From: an uncultured Thermoplasmata archaeon
GTDB lineage: Archaea; Thermoplasmatota; Thermoplasmata; UBA10834
Length of the DNA: 49,352 nt
NCBI GenBank assembly: GCA_964535775.1
Contig: CAZHTV010000001.1
Coordinates: 1 to 49,352, forward strand
Direction: 5' to 3'
Shown: piece by piece, positions 34,072 through 42,907 of the stretch
How the letters are laid out: each line of letters begins with the position of its first letter
Numbering within the stretch: position 1 is the stretch's first letter
Notes under the pieces: model-generated
Told to the model about the DNA's origin: nothing
What the model saw: the letters and a program-made list of their open reading frames with translations, nothing else
Database searches by the model: none
Program-made: the position numbers and the translations under genes

Positions 34072-34638
34072 ATGGCCAAGAAGGCGAGGCTTATCCCGCG
34101 CAAGATGCTCTCGAGCGATGAGCGGGTGGTTCTTGAGACGAGGCCGAGCGCGTGGCTGTACATGAAAGGCGCTGCTCTCGCGCTCTTCATCGCGCTCATA
34201 GCGATAGTCGGATTCGTATGGAAACGGATACCCAACGCACCTGAGATACCGTACTTCAATGAGGCACTCGATGGTGAGTACGGGGAGTACATCGAATGGG
34301 CTCTGCTGGCCCTCTTCGTGCTGATGATGTTGGTGTTCGCGGTCAGGTGGCTCGGTTGGAACAGTACCATATATGCCGCCACCGACGAGAGGGTCATTAC
34401 CCAGAGGGGGATCATCAACAAGACATACGAGGACATCCCAGTCACGATGATCTCGAGCGTCGACCTCGCTCAGTCGATCGGGAAGCGCGCTCTGGGATAT
34501 GGCACGATAGTGTTCTCGACTCAGGGACAGGCTGCCGCCAAGAAGAAGGGGCTGGTGTGGGAAGCGGTGCCCGACCCCTTCACGGTGCGAAGGCGCGTCC
34601 AAGAGGTCATGGACGTCCGCTCCAAGCCGAAAGAGTGA
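34072..34638 (+). CDS. Membrane protein with bacterial PH domain (bPH_2, YdbS/YdbT-like)
   Basis: 'LSSDERVVLETRPSAW', two TM helices, then 'YAATDERVITQRGIINKTYEDIPVTMISSVDLAQS...GTIVF'. Confidence 0.7.
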   Translation: MAKKARLIPRKMLSSDERVVLETRPSAWLYMKGAALALFIALIAIVGFVWKRIPNAPEIPYFNEALDGEYGEYIEWALLALFVLMMLVFAVRWLGWNSTIYAATDERVITQRGIINKTYEDIPVTMISSVDLAQSIGKRALGYGTIVFSTQGQAAAKKKGLVWEAVPDPFTVRRRVQEVMDVRSKPKE

Positions 34639-34755
34639 TTCTGGGCGCGACCTCCCTCAGATGTTCGGGCATACGGCAATCCCGAAGGACGCCATCGCAA
34701 AAGCGATTGAGTCATGAGTAGTTCCATCCGTGGGACTGAAGTGGAGGTAATCTGA

Positions 34756-36639
34756 ATGGGACTGGCGGATGTGTTGAGAGATGGCGCTGGAAGGGCTTTC
34801 ATGCTCTGCAACGAGGCGATCGTGAGGGGAGCTATCGAGGCGGATGTCAAGATGGTGGCCGCCTATCCTGGCTCGCCCACGACCGAGATTCTTGACACCT
34901 TCTCGGAGGCGAAGCCGAGCTTCGACTACAGGATGGAGATCTCGGCCAATGAGAAGGTTGCTCTGGAAACATGTGCCGGAGCCGCCATGGTCGGGTTGAG
35001 GTCGATCTCCAGCATGAAGAGCGTCGGGATGAACGTGGCGTCCGATTCGTTCTTCTCGCTGTCGTACACGGGGGTCAAGGGCGGCATGGTCGTGATCATG
35101 GCGGACGACCCCCACGCGCACTCCTCCCAGACCGAGCAGGACGGCAGACCGTTCGGCCAGAACGCCTATGTCCCCATGCTCGAGCCCTCGTATCCTGCCG
35201 AGGCCTACAGGATGGTCAAGCGGGCGTTCGAGCTGTCGGAGAAATACGGCGTGCCCATGCTGATGAGAACCACGACCCGAGTGAGCCATCAGAGCGGGAT
35301 GGTCGAGCTGGAGAAGGTCGAGAGGAAGCCGTTCGAGAAGCTGGCGTGGTCTCATCCGCCAGGGAGGTTCGTCACCGTCGCGGATTCCGCCAGGAAGTTC
35401 AAGCTCGAGCTCCTCGAGAGGACGAAGAAGATCGAGGAGGAGTTCGACGGCTCGGACCTGAACTCGATCAAGGACACGGGCTCGGACATCGGCATCATCA
35501 CGAGCGGTGCGGGGTACAACTACGCGGTCGATGCGTGCAGGATACTCGGCATCGAGCCCTCGGTCCTCAAACTGGGCACGACCTTCCCGGTCCCCAGGAA
35601 GCTCGTGGGCGATTTCCTGAAGAAGCTCAAGACGGTCATAATCGTCGAAGAGCTCTCCCCATACCTGGAGCTGCATGTCACGGCGATAGCGAAGGACGCA
35701 AACCCGTCCGTCAACATATTCGGGAAATGGACCGGACACTTCAGCGAGGCCTTCGAGTACAACCCGAACATCGTCGTCGACGCAATCGCGAAGATACTGG
35801 ACTTGAAAGCCCCTGTGGACTACGGGGCGATCATGTCCAAGGCGGAGGAGCTCAAGGAGGGGCTTCCCTACCGGCCCCCGACCTTCTGCCCCGGGTGTCC
35901 GCACAGGGCGACCCTTCACGCCACGCTCCAGGCCACCAAGGGCATGAAACACATACTTGCGACGGACATAGGATGCTACTCGATGAGCTTCCTGCCGCCG
36001 CTCGGCTATGGCGACTCCCTTCTCAGCATGGGCGCGTGCATGGGCGTGGCGGCCGGGATGCAGTACGGGGCTCAGGAGAAGGTCGTGGCCATGGTAGGCG
36101 ATTCGACCTTCTACCACGCAGGCCTTCCGGGGTTCGTCAACGCGGTCCACCACAACGACGATTTCACGCTGATAATACTCGACAACGAGGTCACTGCCAT
36201 GACTGGCCAGCAGCCACACCCTGGCTCGGACTACGATGCCGGTAACCAGCCTGCGAAGAGGCTCGTTCTGGAGGACGTCATCAAGGGCATGGGAGTGACC
36301 GACATCACCATAGTCGACCCCTACGATGTGAAGGCGGCAGTGGGGCCGATGAAGGAGGCGCTCTCGAGGAAGGGTCCGAACGTCATAATCTCCAGGCGCG
36401 CGTGCGCGCTATATGCTGACAGGAACAAGAGACGCCGGGGCGAGCCCATACTGAGCAACAAGGTTGACAAGGAGATGTGCAGGAGGCCCTACACGTGCAT
36501 AAGGAGCTTCTACTGCCCGGCGATCTCGATAGATGACGACGACAGGAAGGCCGCGATAACCAAGGAGCTCTGCGACAGGTGCGATGTCTGCGCGAAGCTC
36601 TGTCCGTTCGGCTCGATCAGGCTGAGGGAGGGGGAGTGA
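34756..36639 (+). CDS. iorA: Indolepyruvate:ferredoxin oxidoreductase, alpha subunit
   Basis: 'GNEAIVRGAIEADVKMVAAYPGSPTTEI', TPP-binding 'GDSTFYHAG...LDN' and C-terminal FeS 'CDRCDVCAKLCP'. GGAGGT SD lies 7 nt upstream. Confidence 0.92.
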   Translation: MGLADVLRDGAGRAFMLCNEAIVRGAIEADVKMVAAYPGSPTTEILDTFSEAKPSFDYRMEISANEKVALETCAGAAMVGLRSISSMKSVGMNVASDSFFSLSYTGVKGGMVVIMADDPHAHSSQTEQDGRPFGQNAYVPMLEPSYPAEAYRMVKRAFELSEKYGVPMLMRTTTRVSHQSGMVELEKVERKPFEKLAWSHPPGRFVTVADSARKFKLELLERTKKIEEEFDGSDLNSIKDTGSDIGIITSGAGYNYAVDACRILGIEPSVLKLGTTFPVPRKLVGDFLKKLKTVIIVEELSPYLELHVTAIAKDANPSVNIFGKWTGHFSEAFEYNPNIVVDAIAKILDLKAPVDYGAIMSKAEELKEGLPYRPPTFCPGCPHRATLHATLQATKGMKHILATDIGCYSMSFLPPLGYGDSLLSMGACMGVAAGMQYGAQEKVVAMVGDSTFYHAGLPGFVNAVHHNDDFTLIILDNEVTAMTGQQPHPGSDYDAGNQPAKRLVLEDVIKGMGVTDITIVDPYDVKAAVGPMKEALSRKGPNVIISRRACALYADRNKRRRGEPILSNKVDKEMCRRPYTCIRSFYCPAISIDDDDRKAAITKELCDRCDVCAKLCPFGSIRLREGE

Positions 36640-36641
36640 GG

Positions 36642-37286
36642 ATGCCGGCCAAGGAGTTCAGCATATACATGTCCGGCGTCGGCGGCCAGGGCCTGGTCCT
36701 ACTGTCGAACCTGATGGGCGCCGCTTGCGCCTCCGTCGGGATGCGGGCCCTTACCGGTGAGCAGCACGGGCTGTCTCAGAGAAGCGGTTCGATAAACGTG
36801 CACATGAGGATAGGCGAGGGCATCCAGTCCCCGCTCATACCAGTGGGCGGTGCGGACGCCATACTTTCCCTGGAAGCGCTCGAGGCCCTGAGGTACGTGG
36901 AGTATCTGAAGCCTGGCGGCATCGTGGTGATGAACTCGAGGATACAGCACCCCACGATCGAGACGGCAGCGCACGTGAAGGACAAGACGGCCAGATACAT
37001 GTCCGCGGAGGACGTGAGGTCCCGGCTGCTCAAGGTGACTGACAAGGTCGCTGTCATCGATGCGCTCGAACTCGCTAACAGGGCTGGGAACCCGCTGACG
37101 GAGAACGTGGTCATGCTCGGCGCCATCAGCACGGTGGAGGCCTTCCCCGTGCCTGAGGAGGCACTCAAGAGGTCCATCTCCGAGAACGTGCCGAAAAAGG
37201 CGATGGAAGTGAACCTCAAGGCCTTCGACCTCGGAAAGGAAGCGGCCTATGCCGGCCTCTGCAACATAGTTAAGTGCCGGAAGTGA
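36642..37286 (+). CDS. iorB: Indolepyruvate:ferredoxin oxidoreductase, beta subunit
   Basis: 'IYMSGVGGQGLVLLSNL' followed by 'GEQHGLSQRSGS'. The ATG lies 2 nt after the iorA stop. Start moved from the track ORF. Confidence 0.88.
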   Translation: MPAKEFSIYMSGVGGQGLVLLSNLMGAACASVGMRALTGEQHGLSQRSGSINVHMRIGEGIQSPLIPVGGADAILSLEALEALRYVEYLKPGGIVVMNSRIQHPTIETAAHVKDKTARYMSAEDVRSRLLKVTDKVAVIDALELANRAGNPLTENVVMLGAISTVEAFPVPEEALKRSISENVPKKAMEVNLKAFDLGKEAAYAGLCNIVKCRK

Positions 37287-37304
37287 AATCCAGGCACGGT
37301 GGCG

Positions 37305-38231
37305 ATGAAGAAGGTCAGGTACGAGAGGGTCGATGTCTTCGCGAGCAGGCCGTTCGGGGGCAACCCGCTTGCCGTCTTCCCGGATGCCCGTGGCCTCAGC
37401 TCCAGAGAGATGCAGCTACTGGCCATGGAGATGAACCTGTCTGAGACGACCTTCGTGCTCCCGCCCAGCAAGGGGTCGGGAGCGGACTTCAGGGTGAGGA
37501 TATTCGTCCCCGACATGGAGATACCATATGCGGGGCACCCCACCATAGGCACCTTCTTCGTGCTCGCGAGGGCGGGCAAGATCAAGCTCAAGGACCCCAT
37601 GACCACGGTCATGATGGAGGTGAAGGCGGGCGTCATGCCTGTCGAGATACATACCTCAGGGGGCAGGATCAGGAAGGTGGTCACGGTCCAGAACCTCCCT
37701 GAGTTCGGCCCAGTCATCGAGGACGTCGGCCTCATAGCAGATGCACTATCGCTCAAGGAATCGGACCTGGACATGGTCCGTGCCCCCCCACAGTATGTAT
37801 CCACCGGGCTTCCTTGGGTCATCGTGCCTGTCAAGTCCAGGAAGGAAGTCGAGAAGGCTTCGGGGAACACATCGACCTTCACGGGACTGAGACGGAGGCT
37901 CCCAAACAACATTGCGGATCTCTACGTAACCTGCCTCGACCCAGTCGAGACCAGCTCTACGACGCATTCGCGCGGCCTGTCGCTCGTATCCAGGAACGTC
38001 GTGGAGGACCCGGCCACGGGAAGCGCGAGCGGGTGCCTGGGCGCCTATCTCGTGAGCCGCGGCCTGGTGCCCGTGAAGCGCATCACCAGGATCACGAACG
38101 AGCAGGGTTACGAGATTGGCAGGCCGAGCAAGATCGCGATCGAGGTCGCGACGTCAAAGGACGGGGCTATCGAGTCCGTGAGGGTCGGTGGCACCGCAGT
38201 GCATATGATGGACGGATTCGCCTACCTCTGA
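37305..38231 (+). CDS. PhzF-family (phenazine biosynthesis-like) isomerase/epimerase
   Basis: 'VDVFASRPFGGNPLAVF', 'EMNLSETTFV', 'RIFVPDMEIPYAGHPTIG' and a second-half 'EDPATGSASG'. Confidence 0.88.
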   Translation: MKKVRYERVDVFASRPFGGNPLAVFPDARGLSSREMQLLAMEMNLSETTFVLPPSKGSGADFRVRIFVPDMEIPYAGHPTIGTFFVLARAGKIKLKDPMTTVMMEVKAGVMPVEIHTSGGRIRKVVTVQNLPEFGPVIEDVGLIADALSLKESDLDMVRAPPQYVSTGLPWVIVPVKSRKEVEKASGNTSTFTGLRRRLPNNIADLYVTCLDPVETSSTTHSRGLSLVSRNVVEDPATGSASGCLGAYLVSRGLVPVKRITRITNEQGYEIGRPSKIAIEVATSKDGAIESVRVGGTAVHMMDGFAYL

Positions 38232-38239
38232 ACTGCCCG

Positions 38240-40828
38240 TCAGTCCACCGCCGGCAACTCCACCCTGAAGATCACGCCCTGTGAGAAATCCCCGGGCACG
38301 CGATCCTCGACCCACACACTGCCTCCGTAGCGCCTTGCGAGCGTCATGACGATGTGCAGGCCCAGCCCCGAACCCCTCTTCTTCGCGGCCTTCGAGAACC
38401 TGTCGAATATCACGCCCTTCAGGTCGTCCGGGATGCCACGTCCTCGGTCCGCGAAAGACACCAGCCAGAGCTTCCTAGTGCCCTTCAGCCTGGCCTCCAC
38501 GGAGATGTCGATCTCAAGGGGTTCGTGAGGGTCGTACTTGACGGCGTTTGTCAGGATGTTGATGAAGATCTCGCTTATGAGCTCGTCGGCCTCGGTGAAG
38601 TAGACGCCCGACTGGACATCGTGCTTGAGCAGAATCTTCTTGCCAGGGTAGTACTGCGTGACACTCCGCTCGCACTCCAGCAGGACTGCCCCTATGTCCA
38701 ACTTGGCGAGCTCGACGTCGCCAAAGGTCACCCTGGACATCGTCCGGACGTTGCTCGCGAGCCAGCTGGTGTTCATCACCTGTTCCGCTATCTTGTCCAT
38801 GAGTGCAGATGTCTCCGGGGATTTCGTCTTCATCCTCAGGAGGTCGAGATAGCCGAGTATGGCCTGGTTGAAGTTCTTGATGTCGTGTGAGAGCACATCC
38901 GTGTACAACTGCGAGTTCCGCCGGCTGTCGATGTGCTCCTGGAAGAGCATTGCGTTCTCGATCGCGATCCCTGCCAGGCTAGCGAATATCTCGATGATCT
39001 CGATGGTCTCAGCATCCGGGACGTGGTCGTCCCTTGGCTTGAGTAGCTCCAGGTATGCGATCGGGACGCCGCTCTTGTCCACGACGAGGGTGTCCATGTA
39101 ATCGAGCTCGTGCCAGGATTCCTTGCCGATCCGCGGCCGCTTGATCAACTCAGGGTCCGGGTAGTAGGCGAGCTCCTCGGGCGCGATGGACTTCTGGCTC
39201 TCCACGGGGATGTAGTACGTCAGCCGACCTACTTTGACCCACCAGCGGGCATGTGCGAGCGGATGGCGGGGGCCAGAACTGTCCAGTATCGTGTCGATCT
39301 GGCTGATGGGGTAGGGGAACTTCTTTATGTCCTCCGCGGCCTTGACCGAGTACCCGTGGACCGCCTCGACCTTGTAGACACCCTCCTCCGGGTGCTTAAC
39401 GCCGAGGACCATGCGCTTTATTCCCAGGAGCCTCGCCAGCGTCTTCAGGATGCTGTCCAGCATCTGGTCGAGGTCCCTCACATACATGATGCCCGTGGAC
39501 AGATCGAGGATCCTAGACAGCTGTTCAGCCCGCTGGCTGCTGACCCTGAGGGCGGTCTCCCTCTCGTGCGTGAGCCTGGCGTTCTCCAACGCGACCTCTG
39601 CCAACGACGTGAATATCTCCATAGTCTCGATGGTTTCCTGGTCCGGAATACGGGCATCCATTGGCTCTGTCGGATAGATGACCCCAACGACGCGCCCACT
39701 CGAATCGCGCAGCGGGAAGGCGAGGAAATCGCCTTTCCGGAACTCCCCATTCTTCCTAGGAGGAACCCCTCCAGGTGGGATGGGGTCGAGCTGTTCGACG
39801 AAATGAGAGGCTGACCTCGGGTTGATCTCTTCGCGCATCGTGAAGTAACCGGACTTGCCGATGCTCCTGTTCATCGAGAGATCCTCGAGGATGACATCCG
39901 TGGGAATCGACCTGCTACTCGTGTTCTTCTCCGCGGACTCGGAATAGCCAAACAACGCCATCCACTTGAACGCCATCTCGGACTCGTCGAAAACAACTAG
40001 GGAGACCTTGCCGAACCCGAAGAGGGAGGAGACCGAGGAGAGTATCATGTTCGAGAGCTTTTTGAGGTCGCGCTCCGACACGATCGAACTGGCGATCTTG
40101 AGCACGTCCTCGAGCAGGTCGCTCCTCTTAATGGCTCTCGACGTCGGCCTCTCCGGTGCCAGATGGTTCCTGGTCCTCTCCAGGGAGATGCCCAGGAGCT
40201 GCGTGAACATCTCGATGGTCTGGATAGTCTCCTTGCCAAGGAGCTTGCGGTCAAAGGAGCTGTCGAGCTCCAGGCTAGCGAGGATGCCCCCTGAGGAGTC
40301 GCGAATGGCGAATTTGTACATGTCCGCCTCGTGCCACTCATCCGGCGACCTTCTCTGCATGCGCACGTACTCGGGGCGAGAGTAGTAGGCCGGGTGGTCG
40401 GCGAACGGGTCCTCGTCGAGGATCTTGAGCCACTCCTCGGCTGGTATGTAGTACGCGTTAGACGAGACCCTGAACTTCTCGGTCAGTGTCAGGTCGATGA
40501 GCTCTTGGGGGTGGTAGTCAGCGGTCACGTTCTGGAGTATCTTCTCCGCGCGCTCCTCAGGGATGCCATATGACGTCCACCAAAGCAGCGGGATCAAGGT
40601 CTCGTCCCTGACCTGCAGGAGCATCTCCGTTATGCCGAATAGACGGCCGATGTTCCGAAGCGTCCTCTCCACGACCTCTTGAATGGGCCTGTCCGTGACG
40701 ACCAAGGCTCCGATCTCGCCCAAGGACGCCAGCACCTCGCTGTCGGCGGTCCTGTGGAGGCCGTCGGCCAAGGCTTGCTCGCGCTCGGCGATGACCATCA
40801 GGTTGTCCCGAAGGGGGGTGCCGCCCAT
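38240..40828 (-). CDS. Soluble multi-GAF sensor histidine kinase
   Basis: No TM segment seen. Several GAF-like units. H-box 'VLSHDIKNFNQAILGYLDL', N-box 'NILTNAVKY', G-boxes 'DRGRGIP' and 'GSGLGLHIV'. Start set at the ATG at 40828, downstream of the TATA-like boxes; it is uncertain. Confidence 0.88.
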   Translation of the reverse strand: MGGTPLRDNLMVIAEREQALADGLHRTADSEVLASLGEIGALVVTDRPIQEVVERTLRNIGRLFGITEMLLQVRDETLIPLLWWTSYGIPEERAEKILQNVTADYHPQELIDLTLTEKFRVSSNAYYIPAEEWLKILDEDPFADHPAYYSRPEYVRMQRRSPDEWHEADMYKFAIRDSSGGILASLELDSSFDRKLLGKETIQTIEMFTQLLGISLERTRNHLAPERPTSRAIKRSDLLEDVLKIASSIVSERDLKKLSNMILSSVSSLFGFGKVSLVVFDESEMAFKWMALFGYSESAEKNTSSRSIPTDVILEDLSMNRSIGKSGYFTMREEINPRSASHFVEQLDPIPPGGVPPRKNGEFRKGDFLAFPLRDSSGRVVGVIYPTEPMDARIPDQETIETMEIFTSLAEVALENARLTHERETALRVSSQRAEQLSRILDLSTGIMYVRDLDQMLDSILKTLARLLGIKRMVLGVKHPEEGVYKVEAVHGYSVKAAEDIKKFPYPISQIDTILDSSGPRHPLAHARWWVKVGRLTYYIPVESQKSIAPEELAYYPDPELIKRPRIGKESWHELDYMDTLVVDKSGVPIAYLELLKPRDDHVPDAETIEIIEIFASLAGIAIENAMLFQEHIDSRRNSQLYTDVLSHDIKNFNQAILGYLDLLRMKTKSPETSALMDKIAEQVMNTSWLASNVRTMSRVTFGDVELAKLDIGAVLLECERSVTQYYPGKKILLKHDVQSGVYFTEADELISEIFINILTNAVKYDPHEPLEIDISVEARLKGTRKLWLVSFADRGRGIPDDLKGVIFDRFSKAAKKRGSGLGLHIVMTLARRYGGSVWVEDRVPGDFSQGVIFRVELPAVD

Positions 40829-41021
40829 GTCCAGAACACCGCTGAGCTCATAGACCCAGCATGTCAACAATGATTTGTCAGCTATATAAGGTGGTACTGG
40901 CAAGATATCATATATCGCTGCTCCCGACCCGGCCGGCCAGGACCGCGCCACCAGCACAGTGAAGCGCAATGATTAAACCCCAGGGGCGGTCTTCCTGCAG
41001 ACGAGGCGAAGGTGGTTGGCA

Positions 41022-41507
41022 ATGCCGAGTGTCAAGGAGATCATCGCGACTGCGGTTGAGTTCGAGCGCTTCGGGAGCGAGTACTATGCCAGGATGATGG
41101 AGCTCGTGGGCGACGACAAGGCGAAGCTGCTCATGAAGAGCCTTGCGGATGACGAGAAAGAGCATGCCGCGATCCTGGAGAAGGAGCTCCGGAAGCGAGG
41201 CGGTGTGGCGAAACCGCCATCGAAGGAGGCGGTCAAGAAGGGCCTCAAGGAGATATTCCCCGAGAGGATAGGGAAGAACTCGATCGCCATGAAGGACGCT
41301 ATCGAGGCCATAAAGCTCGGGATCAGGACCGAGCAGAGGTCCATAATGTTCTACTCGAAGAACTCCAACACGAAAGAGAAGAGCTTGAACCAGGTATTCA
41401 AGAGGCTCGAGAAGATCGAGCTCGGCCACCTGGCGCTCCTGGAGGAGAACCTGCTCTATCTGCAGGACGATGGCGTCTGGTACGGCTACGTGCCTCTGCT
41501 CGACTGA
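41022..41507 (+). CDS. Rubrerythrin/ferritin-like diiron four-helix-bundle protein (no rubredoxin domain)
   Basis: Two ExxH pairs ('EKEH', 'ELGH') with partner Glu ('EFERFGSEYY', 'IRTEQRSIMFY'). AGGTGG SD upstream of the ATG at 41022. Confidence 0.8.
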   Translation: MPSVKEIIATAVEFERFGSEYYARMMELVGDDKAKLLMKSLADDEKEHAAILEKELRKRGGVAKPPSKEAVKKGLKEIFPERIGKNSIAMKDAIEAIKLGIRTEQRSIMFYSKNSNTKEKSLNQVFKRLEKIELGHLALLEENLLYLQDDGVWYGYVPLLD

Positions 41508-41546
41508 GCGCTCGGACGACACACGGGCATACGGGAGATACCAACC

Positions 41547-41552
41547 TTTTTT
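41547..41552 (+). terminator. T6 run 40 nt after the rubrerythrin-like stop (oligo-T terminator candidate; also TATA-like TTTTTTAT)
   Basis: Read directly in the 74-nt spacer before the DUF1015 GTG. Confidence 0.3.
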
Positions 41553-41580
41553 ATGCGGCCACCCAATCAGCCCCGGCCAG

Positions 41581-42852
41581 GTGAATGAAGAGTTGGCAAA
41601 GGTCATCCCCTTCGAGGCATACAGGTACAGCACGGAGCGGTTCGGCAAGGACATCACGAGGTTCGTATCGCCCCCTTACGACGTGATTGACGGCCCGATT
41701 GAGAGAAGGCTCAAACAGGACCGGCTGAACATCACGCACGTGACGCTCGGAGATGAGAGCGACTCATATGCTGTCGCGAACAGGCGTCTGCAGAGATGGA
41801 TCGACGACGGCGTCCTTGTCAAGGACAACGAGAAGTCCTTCTACGTGTGCGAGCAGACTTTCAGCAGCCCTGACGGCGCACCCATTGTCAGGTCAGGCAT
41901 CGTGGGCCTGCTGGAGCTGGAGGATTTCTCAGAGGGTGTCGTGATACCGCACGAGAAGATCATACCTAAGCACAGGGCGGATCGGCTGCAACTCAAGTGT
42001 GCAGTCAGAGGGGACGCAGAGCAGGTATTCCTGCTCTACGACGACCCATCGGGCCAGATCGAGGCCCTACTCGCAGGTTCGAGGAAACAGGCCGAAGTGC
42101 TCAGGTTCGTGGATCACGAGGGCGTGCACCACAGGATCATCAAGATGGATGGTGCCCTCGCCGAGGAGACATCGGGCCTGTTCGAGTCCACCAGGATACT
42201 GATAGCTGACGGACACCACAGGTACGAGACCTCGCTCGATTACCGCAAGCGGATGAGGGCCAAGGACCACTCGGAGGAGGGGAGCATGCCATACGACTTC
42301 ATACTGGCCACACTGGTCAGCTTCCGCAACCCCGGTCTCGTGGTCTATCCCACTCACAGGCTCGTCCAGAACGTGGACGAGGAGCTCCTGAGACGATTGC
42401 CCAAGGCGCTCGAGAAGGAGTTCAAGCTCAAGACGCTCCCTGGAGCGGACGAGCTCGCGGAGGCCGTGGAGAAGTCCCCTGAGAAAGCTTTCGGTGTCTG
42501 GATACCGTCCTCGAAGACCTACCTGTACGCGACCCCGAAGGTGCATGGTGCCTCGAAGGACCCGATGGAGGACCTGTCTGTCTACATCGTTCAGGAGAAG
42601 GTGTTGAAGAAGTTGCTCGGATACACCCATGAGATGCTAGACACCAAAGTCAACATAGAGTATGTAAAAGGCACTGGCCCGACCAAGTTCGCAATGGCCT
42701 CGGGCGAGTACCAGGCCTGTTTCTTCGTGAAGCCTCCCACGGTCCAGCAGGTCATGGACATCGCCGAGACGGGCAAGCTGATGCCACACAAGTCCACCTA
42801 CTTCTTCCCCAAGATATGGTCGGGGACTCTGCTCTACCTCTTCGACAGGTGA
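41581..42852 (+). CDS. DUF1015 family protein
   Basis: 'VIPFEAYRYS ... FVSPPYDVI' N-terminal hallmark and 'ILIADGHHRYETS'. GTG start chosen to avoid overlap with the upstream gene. Confidence 0.85.
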   Translation: MNEELAKVIPFEAYRYSTERFGKDITRFVSPPYDVIDGPIERRLKQDRLNITHVTLGDESDSYAVANRRLQRWIDDGVLVKDNEKSFYVCEQTFSSPDGAPIVRSGIVGLLELEDFSEGVVIPHEKIIPKHRADRLQLKCAVRGDAEQVFLLYDDPSGQIEALLAGSRKQAEVLRFVDHEGVHHRIIKMDGALAEETSGLFESTRILIADGHHRYETSLDYRKRMRAKDHSEEGSMPYDFILATLVSFRNPGLVVYPTHRLVQNVDEELLRRLPKALEKEFKLKTLPGADELAEAVEKSPEKAFGVWIPSSKTYLYATPKVHGASKDPMEDLSVYIVQEKVLKKLLGYTHEMLDTKVNIEYVKGTGPTKFAMASGEYQACFFVKPPTVQQVMDIAETGKLMPHKSTYFFPKIWSGTLLYLFDR

Positions 42853-42907
42853 GACGTTCTGGTGAAGCAGTATATACGGGCCTGCAGATACGCTGGCAGG
42901 TGAGCCC

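Noticed and set aside
34657-36219. 520-aa ORF on the minus strand (and the 424-aa ORF 34971..36245 in another plus frame) overlapping iorA
   Set aside because: The frame at 34756..36639 carries unmistakable IorA motifs. These alternatives are Arg/His/Gly/Pro/Leu-rich with no recognisable motifs, as expected for long stop-free antisense or off-frame runs in GC-rich DNA.
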